From Azolla caroliniana (lineage: Eukaryota; Plantae; Polypodiophyta), in assembly GCA_043228905.1 (NCBI GenBank), contig JBHGNT010000004.1, positions 13,020,001 through 13,084,000 on the forward strand: DNA of 64,000 nucleotides. The letters are read 5' to 3'. The notes beneath the pieces were generated by a model, which worked only from the letters and a program-made list of their open reading frames with translations, did not search any database and was not told the origin of the DNA. Positions 61,301 through 64,000 of this stretch are shown in pieces. The translations under genes and the position numbers were made by a program. How positions within the stretch are numbered: the stretch's first letter is position 1; every line of letters begins with the position of its first letter.

Positions 61301-62442
61301 CGGAGGACAAATCAAAGATAGGATTGGAGCGGATCAAGTTCATTGTCCAGGCGTGGAGGAACAAGACCAAATGCTTGATTGACGAAAGCTCCGCGCAATG
61401 GTGGGACAAATGGGCAAAGCACACAACCGAGCTCCAGTTGCTATGGGCGGACGCGGAAAACCGGCAGAAGGATGGCGACGACTCCTACATGCTAACGAAG
61501 GAGGACTTCACCGCCGTAAGAGATGAGTTAGCCGAAGATTTTGTAACTCTGGCGGAGGAGCAGGCAGCAGTGGTCCGACAACTTGTAGCACTGCTAGATG
61601 ATGATCGACTGGATGCTCAAATCCACTTTGAGAGCTATGAGTGGACCAGGCTACGGAGAGAAGAAGCAAAGCAGGCAGCGACCGTCAACCTCAGTGATGA
61701 GGAGCCATCACTAGAGTAAGGACCGGACGGAGACAAGGCCGGGGCGAGTCAACTGGAATCAAATCCGGCGGAGCAGCTAATGGAGGAATCACCGCCACAA
61801 CTGTCGGTACCTGGAGCCGAACAGACGCCCTCTCATACACAACAATCGGAGGAGCCGCAGCCACTGCAGCAACAACCGAATTTTGAACAACCATTGGATA
61901 CCCTGGAGCAAAGTATTCTGAATATCTTGGATGAAGGCTAAGTGCCGGATAGTGGGATTCGACGTACAAGGTACTGTCCCACGGGCGTGCCATGTGTTAC
62001 CCGGCCGACAAAGGAGCAAAGACCAGAATGTGAAAGGGATGGTTATTCGGAATATATTTAATTAAGTAAAGTAGATTATAATTATGTAGTGAACGGATAG
62101 ACCGGAATCGGTATGCTGATCCGGATCCGGACCGATTCCGAACAGGTGCCGGTTGGCACCGTTTTGTACGCAGTACCGATGACCTATATAAAGGCCCGGT
62201 TACAATGTAAAACTTTAACGGAGAATTAATATAAGCTTCTTGTTTTATCTTCACGTATTGATTACCGTTCTGTCTTAATTGTTATATCTTACGCGTGTAT
62301 TAAGTGAAGGCCTTATTGCTAAGTAGCCAATTAAGTCAGATTAATCGTTGTGTCTTAAGTTATCTCGCCGTAACACCCCTTTGGTGAAGTGTCTTCCGGA
62401 GACACCCTGTGTTAGGCTAGTGTCCGACCCTAAGGATTAACA
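55312..62442 (+). mobile_element. Non-chromovirus-like Ty3/Gypsy M with deleted RH/INT and a 3' extra ORF
   Basis: Partial 5' LTR 55312-55617; PBS TGGCGACCAC at 55625 (tRNA-Arg type); knuckles CTICLNAGHSALEC and CYYCRQDGHYSNQC; protease IIDGGSG; RT IRVCVDYRKLN...FLDDF; 3' LTR ~62041-62442. Confidence 0.9.
59400..61719 (+). pseudogene. Extra ORF of M: Pro/Gln-rich linker plus long E/K/R-rich coiled-coil-like region, frameshifted
   Basis: ORFs 59570-61192 and 61252-61719 lie between the truncated pol and the 3' LTR. Confidence 0.75.
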
Positions 62443-62718
62443 TAACTTTTAACACACATAGTACATTGTATTGTGTTAATCATATGGAAACTCTTGGGAA
62501 ACTATCCACATTCGATTGTGAACTTATATATATTGTAGACTCTAGTGTATAGTACATTCGAGAATATTCTAGTCGTTAGTATATTCTAGAATTATTCTGT
62601 GGTATATTCTAAACGAGTATATTCTCGAGATATTTCTCGGGTATATTCTAGAGATATTCAATCTCGGAAATTGTATAAATACTTGTAACATCCTTGGTCC
62701 CTTTCAAAGGATTTAACA
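62443..62718 (+). repeat. LTR X copy 2 (3' part), ending GATTTAACA
   Basis: Colinear with 39022-39183 plus 55219-55314. Confidence 0.75.
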
Positions 62719-62773
62719 CTAGTCATTCACACATCAATCTAGTATTCTCATTTCGCCTCATCTTTGTCTCCAT

Positions 62774-64000
62774 TGTCGTGAAGATTCCGGGCCATGGTGA
62801 GAAATCGGGGAATATGGGAAGAATCGGCGGGGTGGAGCATGTGCAGTTACCCTTGTATAAATGTGTGAATAATAGGGGTGCCTTTATGGCGCCAAGTAGG
62901 AGTTAAGTCGGGACAGACAATCCCATCTAAATCGGGATTTATCCCACATTTTTACGCACCTCCCTCCTTGTGCTATAAAAGGAAGGGAGGGTCCCTTGTA
63001 AAAGGGTTGCCCATTTTGAGTTAGGAGGGTATACCACTAGGTTCAAAGTAAGTTAGTTTCTTTCTCTTTATTTTCTCTTGCCTAGAGTTTCATCTAATTC
63101 TGCTTCTTCTTCATCGTTTTGTGTGAGCTAGTCTTGGCATCTAGCAGTTATGTTTCGGCCTTGTCTCCTACGCAAGACCCTGCTTGGCTGTTAGGAAACA
63201 AGTCCCTCCGGATGGGAAGTGAGAAGAATAGTGTCGATGAGCAAACTCGAGTGTGGAGTACCTGGCTATGGAAGACCCGGTGAGAACCGGATGACGAGTA
63301 CCGGGCAACGGAAGACCCGATGAGAACCGGATGTGGAGTACCCGGCTACGGAAGACCCGGTGAGAACCGGATGACGAATACTTGGCAAGAGCCGGATGGT
63401 GAAGGCCCGGTGAGAAGTGCTCACCGGATGAAGGGACATATTCGTAAATATGTTTTCTGAGAGTCCATCGGGGCTATATTTGTAAATAGCCGAAAAGTCA
63501 TATTAGTATAAATATGACTTAGGGCAAACTTAGTGGTATAGTAGTTGTCATTCTTGTTGGTGCAAGATTAGAGTGCGTAACTGTGTATAGAGAGAGAGAA
63601 GAGAGGAAGAGGTCGTTGCCTCTGTTGTAACCGCCGCTTGTGGCGAAGATAGCAAGCTCGAGGTCGTTGCCTCAATGCTTTACTATTGTACATTGTGATA
63701 TAGTGATAGTTTGTAGTTTGTGGGCTACCGTGGTTTTTCCCTAGTTTGGGTTTTCCACGTTAACATCCTATGTACTCTTCTCTTTACTATGTCGTGCGTT
63801 CATTACCCGTTTTCTGTGTTTGATCCTAGCCTCGGTTGTGCTTAAGGAGCGTGTATTTCGGTCATTGGCGCGATGAGCCCGAGAGCTCCCCGATCGACGG
63901 CATGGTAGTAGACAACTATTGTATCCTGAGCTTCCTAGGTCCGGCTTGAAGCCGATATTGTATCTTGTTCTTGTAAATTTACATGTGGAAGCTTCTGTGT
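62774..64000. repeat. LTR L (same terminus as E), interrupted by solo LTR K, continuing out of the window
   Basis: Starts TGTCGTGAAGATT like E; TATA-like CTATAAAAGG near 62973. Confidence 0.6.
63189..63864 (+). mobile_element. Solo LTR K of the Copia F family
   Basis: Colinear with 32942-33698; TSD TTGGC 63184-63188 and 63865-63869; no PBS or PPT. Confidence 0.95.

Noticed and set aside
63865-63885. TGGCGCGATG after LTR K as a PBS
   Set aside because: TTGGC is the TSD of solo LTR K, and this family uses the iMet PBS.

Overview
Gene-free plant heterochromatin-type window made almost entirely of nested LTR retrotransposons. The plant origin is inferred from tRNA-iMet/Trp/Arg primer-binding sites, Copia/Gypsy protein style and heavy C-to-T decay. 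I resolve the following, using my own labels. Ty1/Copia copies: A, B, C, D, J1, J2, F, G, H, solo LTR K and LTR remnant N. Ty3/Gypsy copies: gag-only E, full-length I, extra-ORF M, an old integrase fragment and LTR L. Also an unassigned LTR X, two 3' fragments of an RTEX-like LINE, and a 1.6-kb inverted-repeat insertion carrying a 314-bp hairpin. No host gene, rRNA, functional tRNA or CRISPR array is supported. The strongest unexplained signals are four. (1) Two different LINE 3' ends sit at the same site in both LTRs of Copia C, suggesting an LTR-targeting LINE. (2) Two related tRNA-Trp-primed Gypsy elements, one full-length and one gag-only, both have a 4-bp ACGT target duplication. (3) A tRNA-like Pol III unit is embedded in both LTRs of the gag-only element. 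(4) The same ~22-bp motif is present in only one LTR of two different Copia families. Coordinates were counted by eye and may be off by a few bases; family assignments come from motif recognition, not database searches.
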